The notes under the pieces are model-generated. The model ran no database searches. It was not told where the DNA came from and saw nothing but the letters and a program-made list of their open reading frames with translations. The position numbers and the translations under genes are program-made. A stretch of DNA of 64,000 bases from an uncultured Armatimonadetes bacterium (GTDB taxonomy: Bacteria; Armatimonadota; UBA5829; DTJY01): contig OY970325.1 in assembly GCA_963717145.1 (NCBI GenBank), positions 2,144,001 to 2,208,000 on the forward strand, read 5' to 3'. Shown here in pieces: positions 48,073 through 59,707 of the stretch. Positions within the stretch are counted from its first letter, which is position 1. Each line of letters begins with the position of its first letter.

Positions 48073-50070
48073 ATGGAAAGCATCCTTAACCTAACCTGGC
48101 TGATACCGATCCTGCCGCTCGCGGCGTTCGGGCTGATTCTGCTGACCGGCAGACGCGGCCCGGGCAAGGGCGCATACATCGCCATCGCGGGGATAGCGGC
48201 GTCGTTCGTCCTGGCGCTCATCATCTCGACGGTGACGGTCAAGCACGCGTTCCTCAGCCACGAATTCGAGCCGTTCACCAGGAGCGCGCTCTGGGTCACG
48301 CTCGGGGACTTGCCGATCAGGATGGGCTTCATGGTCGATCAACTCACCGCCATGATGCTCGTCGTCGTGACCCTCGTCGCGATGCTCGTGCAGATCTACT
48401 CGATCGGTTACATGCACGGCGACCAGCGATATCCGAGGTTCTTCGGCTACCTCTCGCTCTTCAGCGCGGCGATGCTCGGGCTCGTGATCGCGGACAACCT
48501 GCTGCTGTTCTTCGTCTGCTGGGAGTTGGTCGGCCTGACATCCTATCTGCTGATCGGATTCTGGTTCGAGCGGCCCTCCGCGATGCGAGCGGCGAAGAAG
48601 GCATTCATCGTCACCCGAGTCGGCGACGTCGGGCTGTTCCTTGGCATCATCCTGCTCTACAGCCGGACCGGGAGCATCAACTTCCACGACGTGTTCGCGC
48701 AGATACCGAACCTTCTGAACGCGACCTTGAGCATCGGCACACTCTCGATCCCGATTCTCCCGCTCGCGGGACTGCTCCTCTTCGCGGGCGCAGTCGGAAA
48801 GTCGGCGCAGTTCCCGCTCCACGTCTGGCTGCCGGACGCAATGGAAGGCCCCACCCCGGTCAGCGCATTGATCCATGCGGCGACGATGGTTGCGGCGGGC
48901 GTATATCTGGTCGGCAGGACCTATCCCGTCTTCGCCTACCAGGAGCATTCGGTTACGCTGATGGTCGTTGCGATCATCGGGGCGATCACGGCGCTGATGG
49001 CGGCGACAATTGCGACGGTCGTGAACGACATCAAGCGCGTGCTGGCCTACTCGACGATCAGCCAGCTCGGATACATGATTATGGCGCTCGGCCTCGGACC
49101 GATCGGCTACACCGCGGGCCTCTTCCACCTGATGACCCACGCGTTCTTCAAGGCGAATCTCTTCCTCGGCTCGGGGAGCGTGATCCATGGCACCGGAACG
49201 CAGGACATGCGCGAGATGGGCGGCCTGGCGAAGAAGATGCCGCGGACCTACTGGACGTTCCTGATCGGCACTGCCGCGCTCGCAGGCGTTCCCGGATTCG
49301 CGGGATTCTTCAGCAAGGACGAGATCCTGCTCGGGGCATGGCATGCCAACACGTGGCTCTTCGCCGTGGGACTCACCGCCGCGTTCCTGACGGCATTCTA
49401 CATGACCCGCTTGATGGCCCTGACGTTCTGGGGCGAGCCTCGGACCCACGAGATCCACGCGCACGAGAGCCCTCACGTGATGACCACGCCGCTGATCGTG
49501 CTGGCGTTCCTGTCCATCGTCGCCGGATGGGTCGGCTTCCCGGGACGCAATCTGTTCCATCACTTCATCCACTTCGGCGAGGTCGAGGCAGAGGGCATCA
49601 ACTGGCTGGTGATGTCGATGGCGACCGGATCGGCCTTCGCGGGCATCTTCCTGGGATGGCTGGTCTTCGTCAAGAAGGCCATTCCGTCGTCGATCTTCCG
49701 GCAGAAACTGGCATGGGCGCACACCCTGCTGTCGAACAAGTACTACTTCGATGAGATCTACTGGGCGATCCTGGTCGTGCCGATGTTCTTCGTATCCAAC
49801 ATGCTCTCTCTGTTCGACCAGAAGATCGTCGACGGCCTGGTGAACGGCGTCGGGTACGTGACGGTGGGGCTCTCGATCGTTTGGGCCTGGTTCGACAAGT
49901 GGGTCGTCGACGGCCTGGTGAACCTGATCGGCGGCGTGACGAAGCTGACGGGCCGCGTCCTGAGATACAGCCAGACCGGCATCGCGCAGAACTATGTCAT
50001 GGTCTCGGCGGTCGGCCTGTTCGGCATCCTGGTGGTTTTCCTGTTCTTGTACGACATGTTCGCCGGCTAG
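48073..50070 (+). CDS. nuoL: NADH-quinone oxidoreductase subunit L
   Basis: GKSAQFPLHVWLPDAMEGPTPVSALIHAATMV, HLMTHAFFKA. Confidence 0.97.
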   Translation: MESILNLTWLIPILPLAAFGLILLTGRRGPGKGAYIAIAGIAASFVLALIISTVTVKHAFLSHEFEPFTRSALWVTLGDLPIRMGFMVDQLTAMMLVVVTLVAMLVQIYSIGYMHGDQRYPRFFGYLSLFSAAMLGLVIADNLLLFFVCWELVGLTSYLLIGFWFERPSAMRAAKKAFIVTRVGDVGLFLGIILLYSRTGSINFHDVFAQIPNLLNATLSIGTLSIPILPLAGLLLFAGAVGKSAQFPLHVWLPDAMEGPTPVSALIHAATMVAAGVYLVGRTYPVFAYQEHSVTLMVVAIIGAITALMAATIATVVNDIKRVLAYSTISQLGYMIMALGLGPIGYTAGLFHLMTHAFFKANLFLGSGSVIHGTGTQDMREMGGLAKKMPRTYWTFLIGTAALAGVPGFAGFFSKDEILLGAWHANTWLFAVGLTAAFLTAFYMTRLMALTFWGEPRTHEIHAHESPHVMTTPLIVLAFLSIVAGWVGFPGRNLFHHFIHFGEVEAEGINWLVMSMATGSAFAGIFLGWLVFVKKAIPSSIFRQKLAWAHTLLSNKYYFDEIYWAILVVPMFFVSNMLSLFDQKIVDGLVNGVGYVTVGLSIVWAWFDKWVVDGLVNLIGGVTKLTGRVLRYSQTGIAQNYVMVSAVGLFGILVVFLFLYDMFAG

Positions 50071-50099
50071 ACCTTAGACTCTGGACTTTCGGCGCACCA

Positions 50100-50186
50100 G
50101 GTCACCGGAGTACAACTCCGGTGACAACACAGCGCGAGGTTGACAACAAAAAGTGGCGTTGTCACCGGAGTTGTACTCCAGTGACC
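50100..50186. repeat. Paired palindromic REP-like unit between nuoL and nuoM
   Basis: GGTCACCGGAGTACAACTCCGGTGACAAC...GTTGTCACCGGAGTTGTACTCCAGTGACC. Confidence 0.85.
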
Positions 50187-50215
50187 CGCCACTGATAACT
50201 GAGGACTGATGACTC

Positions 50216-51728
<1,513 letters not shown>

Positions 51729-51732
51729 TGTC

Positions 51733-53220
51733 GTGAACTTCGATCTCTTCAGCATATCCCCGGAGTTGATACTCGCGCTAGGCGGGATACTGGTCCTCGT
51801 AGTCGGGCTGTTCGGACGGAACCGCAGGCCGGGACCGGTCGGCATTTTCTCGCCTGAGACGATCAGCCTCGCGGTTCTGATCGCCGCGCTCGTGCCTTCG
51901 GTCATGCTGATGGTCAGAGTGCTCTCCGGCCAGCGTCCGGAAGCATACCAGTTCGGCGGGCTGTTCGCGGTCGACGGCCTGGCGCTCTTCTTCAAGCCGA
52001 TCGCCATCATCTCGACGGGGATCGTCATTCTGCTCGCGATCGACTATTTCAAGCGCATCGACTTCCATCGCGGGGAGTTCTACGCGCTCCTCGTTTTCGC
52101 GACCCTGGCGATCACGTCGCTCGCGGCCTCGACCGACCTGATCATGATCTACCTGTCGCTCGAGTTCCTGAGCCTGACGTCGTACATCCTGGTCGGATAC
52201 CTCAAGCGCGACCCGAAGTCGAGCGAGGCGGCGATCAAGTACTTCCTCTTTGGCGCGGTATCGGCGGCGGTGATGCTCTACGGCATGTCGATCCTCTACG
52301 GGCTGACGGGCGGCACGAGCATATCGGGCATCACGTCGGCATTCAGGGGAGCGCATGTGCCATATCCCCTGCTCTTCCTGGCGACGGCCTTCGTGATTGT
52401 GGGATTCGGCTTCAAGACCGCGATGGTCCCGTTCCATCAGTGGGCGCCGGACGCGTATGAGGGGGCGCCGACACCGATCACAGCGTTCCTCTCGGTCGGA
52501 TCGAAGGCCGCGGGATTCGCGGTGCTCCTCCGCATCCTCGCGACGGGGCTCGCGCCGGACATCATCAACTGGACGCCGATGATCATCGGCTTGTGCGCGA
52601 TCACAATGACGGTCGGCAACCTGATCGCCATTCCGCAAACGAACATCAAGAGGATGCTTGCATATTCGAGCATCGCACAGGCCGGCTACCTGCTCCTCGG
52701 TATCGCCGCGATGCCCTACAGCCCTCTGGCGGTGACCTCCGTGCTGCTCTATGTGCTGGCGTACCTGTTCATGAACCTGGGCGCATTCGCGGTGGTGACA
52801 ATGCTGTCGGCAAGACTGGGTTCAGACCAGATTGACGATTTTGCCGGGCTCATCAAGCGCGCGCCGGTCGCCGCGGTCTGCATGGCGGTGTTCATGCTCT
52901 CGCTGGCGGGGATTCCGCCGACCGCCGGATTCATCGGGAAGCTTTACCTGTTCCTGGCCCTGTTGCAGGCGAACAACACCGCTCTGCTCTGGCTGGCGGC
53001 GATCGCGGGCGTGAACACGATCATCGCGGTCTACTACTATTTCAACGTCGTGCGCGTGATGTTCTTCGTGAGGGCTGAGGATGAGACACCCCTGAGATCA
53101 TCCCCATCGATCAGCTTCGTGCTCGCACTGACGACGGCGGTGACATTCATCGTCCTTTTCTACCCCCAGCCCTTCATCAAGTTGGCGCAGCTGTCGGCCA
53201 GCATGCTGACCGGAATGTAG
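51733..53220 (+). CDS. nuoN: NADH-quinone oxidoreductase subunit N
   Basis: SEAAIKYF, PFHQWAPDAYEGAPT, KRMLAYSSIAQAGY, SLAGIPPTAGF. Confidence 0.96.
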   Translation: MNFDLFSISPELILALGGILVLVVGLFGRNRRPGPVGIFSPETISLAVLIAALVPSVMLMVRVLSGQRPEAYQFGGLFAVDGLALFFKPIAIISTGIVILLAIDYFKRIDFHRGEFYALLVFATLAITSLAASTDLIMIYLSLEFLSLTSYILVGYLKRDPKSSEAAIKYFLFGAVSAAVMLYGMSILYGLTGGTSISGITSAFRGAHVPYPLLFLATAFVIVGFGFKTAMVPFHQWAPDAYEGAPTPITAFLSVGSKAAGFAVLLRILATGLAPDIINWTPMIIGLCAITMTVGNLIAIPQTNIKRMLAYSSIAQAGYLLLGIAAMPYSPLAVTSVLLYVLAYLFMNLGAFAVVTMLSARLGSDQIDDFAGLIKRAPVAAVCMAVFMLSLAGIPPTAGFIGKLYLFLALLQANNTALLWLAAIAGVNTIIAVYYYFNVVRVMFFVRAEDETPLRSSPSISFVLALTTAVTFIVLFYPQPFIKLAQLSASMLTGM

Positions 53221-53225
53221 ATCGA

Positions 53226-53284
53226 GTATGGGGGTATGGGAGTGTGGGAGTACTCAGAACGTCCATACTCCCACACTCCCATAC
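53226..53284. repeat. Octamer-repeat hairpin (GTATGGGA type)
   Basis: 19-bp arms GTATGGGAGTGTGGGAGTA / TACTCCCACACTCCCATAC. Confidence 0.8.
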
Positions 53285-53300
53285 GGCTTGGACTTCCGTC

Positions 53301-54173
53301 ATGGTTCAGAGCCCGAAAGAGAAATACGTTCGCGAGATGTTCGCGTCGATCGCGCCGAGATATGACCTGCTGAACTCGCTGCTCAGCTTCAACCGGCATC
53401 GGTACTGGCGACGGTTCGCGGTCGAGAAGTGCGAGTTGCGTCCCGGGGATTCGGCGCTCGACGTGGGAGTCGGGACCGGCGATCTGGCAATCGAGTTGGC
53501 GAGGGCAGTCAGTTCCCCCACGATGTTGGGGAGGGAGTTGGACTCCCTCCCCGGTAACAGGCCTGGGGGAGGGAGTCCAACTCCCTCCCCAACATCGTGG
53601 GGGAAGAGCACCTCGGGTACGTTATGCGGTCGTGTCGTCGGGGTCGACTTCTGTCATCCGATGCTCGATCTCGCCGCGCAGAAGCTGAACCGGCGGGGAA
53701 TCGCGAACGTCATACTACTCGAGGGCAATGCGGAGGCGCTCCCTGTGCCGTCCAACTCGTTCCGGGCGGCAACTACGGGGTTCACTTTGCGCAATGTGGG
53801 GAACATCGAGATAGCGCTCGCCGAGATGACACGCGCCGTCGAGCCGGGCGGACGAGTGGTCGTCCTGGAACTCGCCGAGCCGACCGGTCCGGTCTTCCGG
53901 CGGATCTATCATACGTATTTTCGCCGTTTGCTGCCCCTCATCGGAGGGGTCATATCGGGAGGGCGAGGCTCCGTCCGAGCCACGGCACCCGGCTCGGACG
54001 GGGCCTCGCCCTCCCAAAACGGTGGGCCGTATGACTACCTCCCGGCGTCGGTCGCCTCTTTCGCTTCGAGAGAGGAACTGAAAGCCGTGATGGAGAAAGT
54101 GGGACTGGCCGACGTGAAGGTCTATGACCTGACCGCCGGCATTGTAGCAATACACGTAGGTATCAAGGAATGA
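53301..54173 (+). CDS. menG: Demethylmenaquinone methyltransferase (UbiE/MenG) with two in-frame palindromic insertions
   Basis: MFASIAPRYDLLNSLLS, LDVGVGTGD, GNAEALP, FTLRNV, YDYLPASV. Confidence 0.92.
   Translation: MVQSPKEKYVREMFASIAPRYDLLNSLLSFNRHRYWRRFAVEKCELRPGDSALDVGVGTGDLAIELARAVSSPTMLGRELDSLPGNRPGGGSPTPSPTSWGKSTSGTLCGRVVGVDFCHPMLDLAAQKLNRRGIANVILLEGNAEALPVPSNSFRAATTGFTLRNVGNIEIALAEMTRAVEPGGRVVVLELAEPTGPVFRRIYHTYFRRLLPLIGGVISGGRGSVRATAPGSDGASPSQNGGPYDYLPASVASFASREELKAVMEKVGLADVKVYDLTAGIVAIHVGIKE
53513..53605. repeat. Perfect palindrome inside menG (40-bp arms, 13-nt loop, 93 bp)
   Basis: TTCCCCCACGATGTTGGGGAGGGAGTTGGACTCCCTCCCC and its exact reverse complement. Confidence 0.93.
53957..54015. 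repeat. REP-like palindrome inside menG (25-bp arms)
   Basis: GGGAGGGCGAGGCTCCGTCCGAGCC...GGCTCGGACGGGGCCTCGCCCTCCC, one mismatch. Confidence 0.9.
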
Positions 54174-55180
54174 GCTTGACCGCACAAGATAGAAGCCATA
54201 GCGCACCGATGCCGGACTACCGGTCGCCGATCGCCGATGAACTCCGCCAGGTGGATGAGACCCTCGCCTCGGAACTGGAATCCGGCGTCGCAATGGTGTG
54301 CGCCGTCACGAGCCATATCGTCGAAGCCGGTGGGAAGCGCACTCGGCCGGCCCTTGTGATCCTCTCGGCCAGGAGCTGCTCCCCGGAGTCCGACGACCAC
54401 GTAGTCCGAGTCGCGGCGGCCGCCGAACTGATCCACATGGCGACCCTCATGCACGATGACGTGATCGACGACGCCGAGCGCCGCCGTGGACGCATCTCTG
54501 CGAACCGATCCTGGGGCAACCAGGTCTCCGTCCTCACCGGCGACTACATGCTCGCGCGGGCGTTTGCGATGCTCTCGCGCGACGGCGACGTTCCCGTGAT
54601 GCGCGCTATCTCGAAGGCGACGATCGCGATGGCTGAAGGTGAGATCCGCCAGATCGAGCTTCTCGGAGACATCGAGGGTCTGTCGCGCGAATACCTCGGG
54701 ATCATTGCCGGGAAGACTGCAGCGCTCATGTCGACTTGCTGCCGATCGGGCGCGATATGCTCAGGCGCACCGGCCGATGTCGAGAACGCGCTGGCGGAGT
54801 ACGGGTTCAACGTCGGCCTCGCGTTCCAGATCACCGACGACCTGCTCGATATGATCGGCGATCCGGCGCTCACCGGCAAACCGATCGGCGGCGACATCCG
54901 CGAGGGGAAGGTGACACTTCCGGTGATACTCGCGCTTCAGAGTGTCGCTCCGGACGACCGCACGCTGATTGAGCGGATTCTCTCATCGGGCGAGACAACG
55001 CCCGCCAACCTGGAGTTCGTGCGTAGGGCGGTCGAGGAAACCGGCTCGATCGAAGCCACCCGTGAGTCGGCATCCGAGTACATCGAACGCGCCCTCGAAA
55101 ACATCAGTCCCCTACCCCCGTCGCCCTACCGCGACTCGCTCGAGCTCCTGGCAGAGGGCATCCTCTCACGTAGGAAGTAG
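54170..55180 (+). CDS. Polyprenyl diphosphate synthase (IspB/HepT-like)
   Basis: GGKRTRP, HDDVIDD..RRG, GKTA, FQITDDLLD, GKPIGGDIREGK. Confidence 0.93.
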   Translation: MSLTAQDRSHSAPMPDYRSPIADELRQVDETLASELESGVAMVCAVTSHIVEAGGKRTRPALVILSARSCSPESDDHVVRVAAAAELIHMATLMHDDVIDDAERRRGRISANRSWGNQVSVLTGDYMLARAFAMLSRDGDVPVMRAISKATIAMAEGEIRQIELLGDIEGLSREYLGIIAGKTAALMSTCCRSGAICSGAPADVENALAEYGFNVGLAFQITDDLLDMIGDPALTGKPIGGDIREGKVTLPVILALQSVAPDDRTLIERILSSGETTPANLEFVRRAVEETGSIEATRESASEYIERALENISPLPPSPYRDSLELLAEGILSRRK

Positions 55181-55277
55181 ACGTGGGGCAACACGGCGGC
55201 TTTCACTCCGTGTGAGTGGTCTCTGGAAGGCGATCCCGGTTGTGGGAGACGCCTCCCACAACCGGAAGAAGATGGAA

Positions 55278-55940
55278 TCAGGACACGTGGGAGCGGACTC
55301 TGACGCGGTTGTGCAGATCCTGGACTCCGGGCACGGCTGATGCGCGCTCTGTGATGAGGTCGAACTCCCTGTCGGTTTCGACTTCGCCGGCGATTGTGAC
55401 CCGGCCATCCTCCGCCCTGACCTCCAGGTCGATGACCTCGATTTCCGTTTCGTCCGAGATCCGCTCTGCCACATCGTCCGCCAGCTTGAGGTCGTCGATC
55501 GGCTGACCCGCGGCGATCTCGAGGTTGCTGACGACCTGTCGGATGCCCGGCACTCCACTGACGACCTGGATCGCCCGATCCTCGACCGACATGCTCGGAA
55601 CCTTGCCTTCGAGGAATGCCGTGCCGGCGCTCACCCTGGCTCCGACCCCGGCGAGGTCGGGATAGGCGCTCAACTCGGTGTTGGCATCGTCGGCCATCTC
55701 GAGATCGGAGACTTCGCGGTTGGCGCTGACGGTCAGGCCGTTCTCAACGCCGATCACACCTGCAATCTCTGAGGTGATCCGCTCGGCCTCGTTCCGCTCC
55801 TCCAAAGTGCCCACTATGCCTGCGAGTCGCACCTGGCAGTCCTTGGTGCTAGCGACCACTTCAGTCGCGCGGACATTCGGGCTCGCCGCGAGGGCGGCGA
55901 TCACATCACCTGTTATCTGTTCGTCGGTCTTGGTAGTCAT
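55278..55940 (-). CDS. Triple BON-domain protein (OsmY-like)
   Basis: Three repeats ending IAGVIGVENGL / VPGIRQVVSNL / VPGVQDLHNRV. Confidence 0.85.
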   Translation of the reverse strand: MTTKTDEQITGDVIAALAASPNVRATEVVASTKDCQVRLAGIVGTLEERNEAERITSEIAGVIGVENGLTVSANREVSDLEMADDANTELSAYPDLAGVGARVSAGTAFLEGKVPSMSVEDRAIQVVSGVPGIRQVVSNLEIAAGQPIDDLKLADDVAERISDETEIEVIDLEVRAEDGRVTIAGEVETDREFDLITERASAVPGVQDLHNRVRVRSHVS

Positions 55941-55961
55941 TCTGCACATCCTTCCGCTTTG

Positions 55962-58387
55962 TCAGGCAGCTTTCTTCGCCCGTTTCTTCTCGGGTTCGAA
56001 CGCCAGCTTGAAGACCTCATCGACGCTTTCAACGAACTGGAACTTCATCTCTTTACGGACCTCATCCGGAACGTTCTCGTCAACATCCTTGCGGTTGTCC
56101 TGAGACAGGACAATGGTCTTGACGCCCGCTCGATGTGCTGCGAGCACCTTCTCCTTGATCCCGCCGACCGGGAGCACTCGTCCCGTGAGTGTAATCTCGC
56201 CGGTCATCGCCAGCTCTGGCTTGACGTGTTTGCCGGTCATCAGTGAAGCCAGAGCGGTCGCTATGGTGATCCCTGCCGACGGCCCATCCTTCGGAACCGC
56301 GCCCGCCGGCACGTGCAAATGAATATCGCTCTCGGCGAATGCGTTCTGGTCTATTCCCAGATCCACGGCGTGCGACCGAATGTATGAGAGAGCGGCCATC
56401 GCCGATTCCTTCATCACGTCGCCGAGCATGCCAGTGAGGATCAACTCCTTGCGGCCGGGCATCTTGGCGGCCTCGACGAACATCACCTCGCCACCAACCG
56501 GGGTCCATGCGAGTGCGGTTGCCACGCCCGGCACTCTGAGTCCGATGGCGGAGTTCCTCATGCTGGTATCTCGGCGCTCCCAGGTACTCCTGCAAACGCT
56601 CGGGCGTCACGTGCGCGGTCTGCGTCCGCCCTTCGGCAAACTGCCTGGTGACCTTCCTGCAGACGGCCGCGACCTCGCGTTCGAGATTGCGTACCCCGGC
56701 CTCACGCGTGTAACCGCGAGCCAGCGTCCGGATCGCCTCGTCGTCCCAGATGATGTTGTTCTCTGTGAGGCCGTGCTCCGTCATTTGCTTCGGGATCAGG
56801 TGCCGTTTGGCGATCGCTAGCTTTTCCTCTTCCGTGTAGCCGGCAATCTCGAGGACCTCCATGCGGTCCTTGAGCGGCGGAAGTATCGGGTCGAGGAGAT
56901 TGGCGGTCGTGATGAAGAGCACCGTGCCCAGATCGAACGGCACCTCCATGTAGTGGTCGCGAAACTGATCGTTCTGCTCCGGGTCGAGGATCTCCAGGAG
57001 CGCGGCCGACGGATCGCCTCGGAAGTCCGCCCCGACCTTGTCCACTTCGTCCATCATGAAGACCGGATTATTGGATCCTGCTCGTCTGATGCCCTGAACG
57101 ATCTGTCCCGGGAGCGCGCCGACGTAAGTCCTCCGATGTCCCCTCATCTCGGCCTCGTCGCGAATCCCTCCGAGCGACATTCGCACGAACTTCCGCCCGA
57201 GTGCGCGGGCGATGGACATGCCCGAGCGACGTCTTGCCAACGCCCGGCGGACCGACGAAGCAGAGGATCGGCTGGCGGACATCGCCGCTCTCCTTAAACT
57301 TCCGGACCGAAAGATATTCGAGGATGCGCTCCTTGACCTTATCGAGGCCGTAGTGGTCCTCGTCGAGTATGCGCTTGACGTGCGCTATGTCGAGATTATC
57401 GACCGTGGGTACGCACCATGGGAGGTTCACGAGCCAGTCGATGTAGGTCCGGGCGACAGAGTATTCGGGCATCGCGGCCGGCATCCTTTGCAGGCGGTCG
57501 AGTTCGCGAACCGCCGCCTTCTCGGCCTCCTCCGGCATCTTGGCCGCCTCGATCTGCTGCTTCAGCTCGTCCATCTCGGCCGTGCGCTCGTCGCCCTCGC
57601 CGAGTTCGCGCTGGATGGCCTTGAGCTGCTCCCGCAGGTAGTACTCGCGCTGGGTCTTCGACATCTCGGTCTGGATCTGCGACTGTATTCTACTGCCCAG
57701 CTCCAGGACCTCCACCTCGCGGGCGAGGATTGCCACCAGCCTGCGCAGGCGGTCACGCACGTCGGTGAGTTCCAGGAGTTCCTGTTTTTCAGGAATCGGA
57801 ATGGGCAGATTCGTGGCTATGGTATCGGTCAGCAGGGCGGGACGCGTGATGTTCTCGGGCAGGGCCTGAAGCTCGTCCGGGAGGTTCGGGGAGAGAGTGA
57901 CCACACGCTGGAATAGAGAGCCGACATTCCTGCGCAGCGCCTCGATCTCCGTCGTCTCCTCGGGCGTGAAATCGGTTCTCTCCGGGAGCACCTCGATTTT
58001 TGCCTTCAAATAAGGTTCGCCCTGAGTCTGTTCGACTATGCGGACTCTCTGAATCCCCTGAACTATCAACCTGATGTGATCCGGCAGACGCATCATCGTG
58101 TGAATGACGATGGCGATGCCGATGGGATAGACATCCTGCAGCGTCGGCTGCTCGATGCTCAGATCCTTCAGCGTGGCGACACCGATGATTCGATTGCCCG
58201 TCGTGACGGCGTCGTCGATGAGCTTGATCGAGGCCTCGCGGCTGACACTCAACGGACTCACGACGAGGGGAAATAAGACGGTATCTCTCAGCGGGAGAAG
58301 GCTCAGTTCCCCTGGGACTTCCAGCTTGGCCTCGTCGCCGCCGCCCTCCATTATGCTGTCTACCACTCCTGCGACTTGCTCGTCCAT
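55962..58387 (-). CDS. lon: ATP-dependent protease La, two +1 frameshifts (~57222 and ~56550)
   Basis: [49 protein letters not shown] across three frames. Confidence 0.95.
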
Positions 58388-58397
58388 AGGTGAACCT

Positions 58398-58868
58398 CTA
58401 CCTGACCCTTTCTATCTCCTCGATGGTAATCGACCGCGATGTCGGGTATTCGGAGGTCTTGGGCAGGGTCACCACCAGGAACCCGTCACGATAAGTCGCG
58501 CTCAGGCTGTCCCTGTCTACCGGCACATTGGGAGGGAGAAGCACATCTCGCTCGAACGAACCGAAATAGACCTCGAGCTGGTAATATCGGACTTTCTGTC
58601 GCTCGTCGATAAAGCGCTCGGACCGCGTGCCCTTGATGCTCAACACTCGGTCGTCCGCCGACAGCGAAACGTGAAACGATTCTTTGCGAACTCCCGCCAC
58701 CTCGACTCGGACGACAAGCGCGTCCGGGGTTTCATAGACATCGGTCTTGGGCAGCCAGAACTCGCGTACATCCGGGGGTAGCTCGAGCAACCGCCTCATG
58801 GCTTCCGCCGAGCAGCGTTGCATCTCGAACTCCATCTGCTTGATCAGGTCCTCATACTCCTTGAACAT
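58398..58868 (-). CDS. Hsp20/alpha-crystallin small heat shock protein
   Basis: PKTDVYET, VEVAGV, FGSFER, ATYRDGFLVVTLPK. Confidence 0.92.
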   Translation of the reverse strand: MFKEYEDLIKQMEFEMQRCSAEAMRRLLELPPDVREFWLPKTDVYETPDALVVRVEVAGVRKESFHVSLSADDRVLSIKGTRSERFIDERQKVRYYQLEVYFGSFERDVLLPPNVPVDRDSLSATYRDGFLVVTLPKTSEYPTSRSITIEEIERVR

Positions 58869-58906
58869 GGAAGCGCCTCTCAGGTCTCGGTTGAAACACC
58901 CTGTAT

Positions 58907-58931
58907 ATACCCGGACTCGATGCTCCTAAAC
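58907..58931 (-). promoter_or_regulatory. SigB/SigF-type promoter of hsp20-lon-BON
   Basis: Minus strand GTTT-N15-GGGTAT. Confidence 0.6.
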
Positions 58932-59013
58932 TCGGGAGCAGACGATTGCCTGCACTTTCGGTCATCGCTATGGAGTGTCGGGGGACGGGAAGACTCGTTG
59001 ACAGGGTGCGTTG

Positions 59014-59706
59014 TTACGCCGAACGCCTTGCAAGTCGCCTCACCGCTTCAGGCAGTTCACCCACTGAATGTACTTCGACATCAGGCAACTCATCCGGCGT
59101 TCTTGCCTCTTGAGTCGTATGCAGGCCGATCCTGACGCGGATGGTCCGCATCCCGACTGCCTTCGCGGGGATGATATCCTTGTCGATCCGGTCACCTGTC
59201 ATGATGCTGCGTTCGGCCGCTCGCCCGACTTTGGCGAGGATCTGCTCATAGTATCGCGGATCGGGCTTGGTGATAGTGAAGTCGTCCTGCGTGAGGTTGC
59301 TGCTCCGGTACCTGAGGAGATCGTGGTGCTGTAGAAGATCGAGCAGGCTGCGTCCGTACTGCCCGGCGATCACCAGGCTGAAGTCTGCGGAGAGATCGGC
59401 CAGAACGCGCTCGATGCCCGGCATCAGCGTGTGGCCGGGATTGCGTTCTGTCCAGAGCGTCAGGTACCTGGCCCAGAGAGCGTCGAAGGCGGTCACGTCG
59501 TGCCCGCACTGCTTCCAGATGACGTATCGGTAGACGCTTGGTGCGTGGCAACCGACCGCCTCGCGCACGTCCGCCCAGTAGCGCTCCGTGTCGTATCCGG
59601 GCACAATCGGCGCGAGCACCTCGACTGCGATCTCGGCTCTGACTCGCTCGAACTCCGACTCGTCGAGGATCACGCCGCCGGCATCGAGCAGGACCGTGTC
59701 GATCAT
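59014..59706 (-). CDS. HAD-superfamily hydrolase
   Basis: LLDAGGVI, KPDPRYY, MTGDRIDKDIIPAKAVGM. Confidence 0.88.
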   Translation of the reverse strand: MIDTVLLDAGGVILDESEFERVRAEIAVEVLAPIVPGYDTERYWADVREAVGCHAPSVYRYVIWKQCGHDVTAFDALWARYLTLWTERNPGHTLMPGIERVLADLSADFSLVIAGQYGRSLLDLLQHHDLLRYRSSNLTQDDFTITKPDPRYYEQILAKVGRAAERSIMTGDRIDKDIIPAKAVGMRTIRVRIGLHTTQEARTPDELPDVEVHSVGELPEAVRRLARRSA

Positions 59707-59707
59707 G

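Noticed and set aside
55962-58387. Programmed frameshifting or a split lon
   Set aside because: No slippery heptamer at the shifts, and the same single-base indel pattern appears in unrelated genes
58869-59013. CIRCE/HrcA operator before hsp20-lon
   Set aside because: No TTAGCACTC-N9-GAGTGCTAA match
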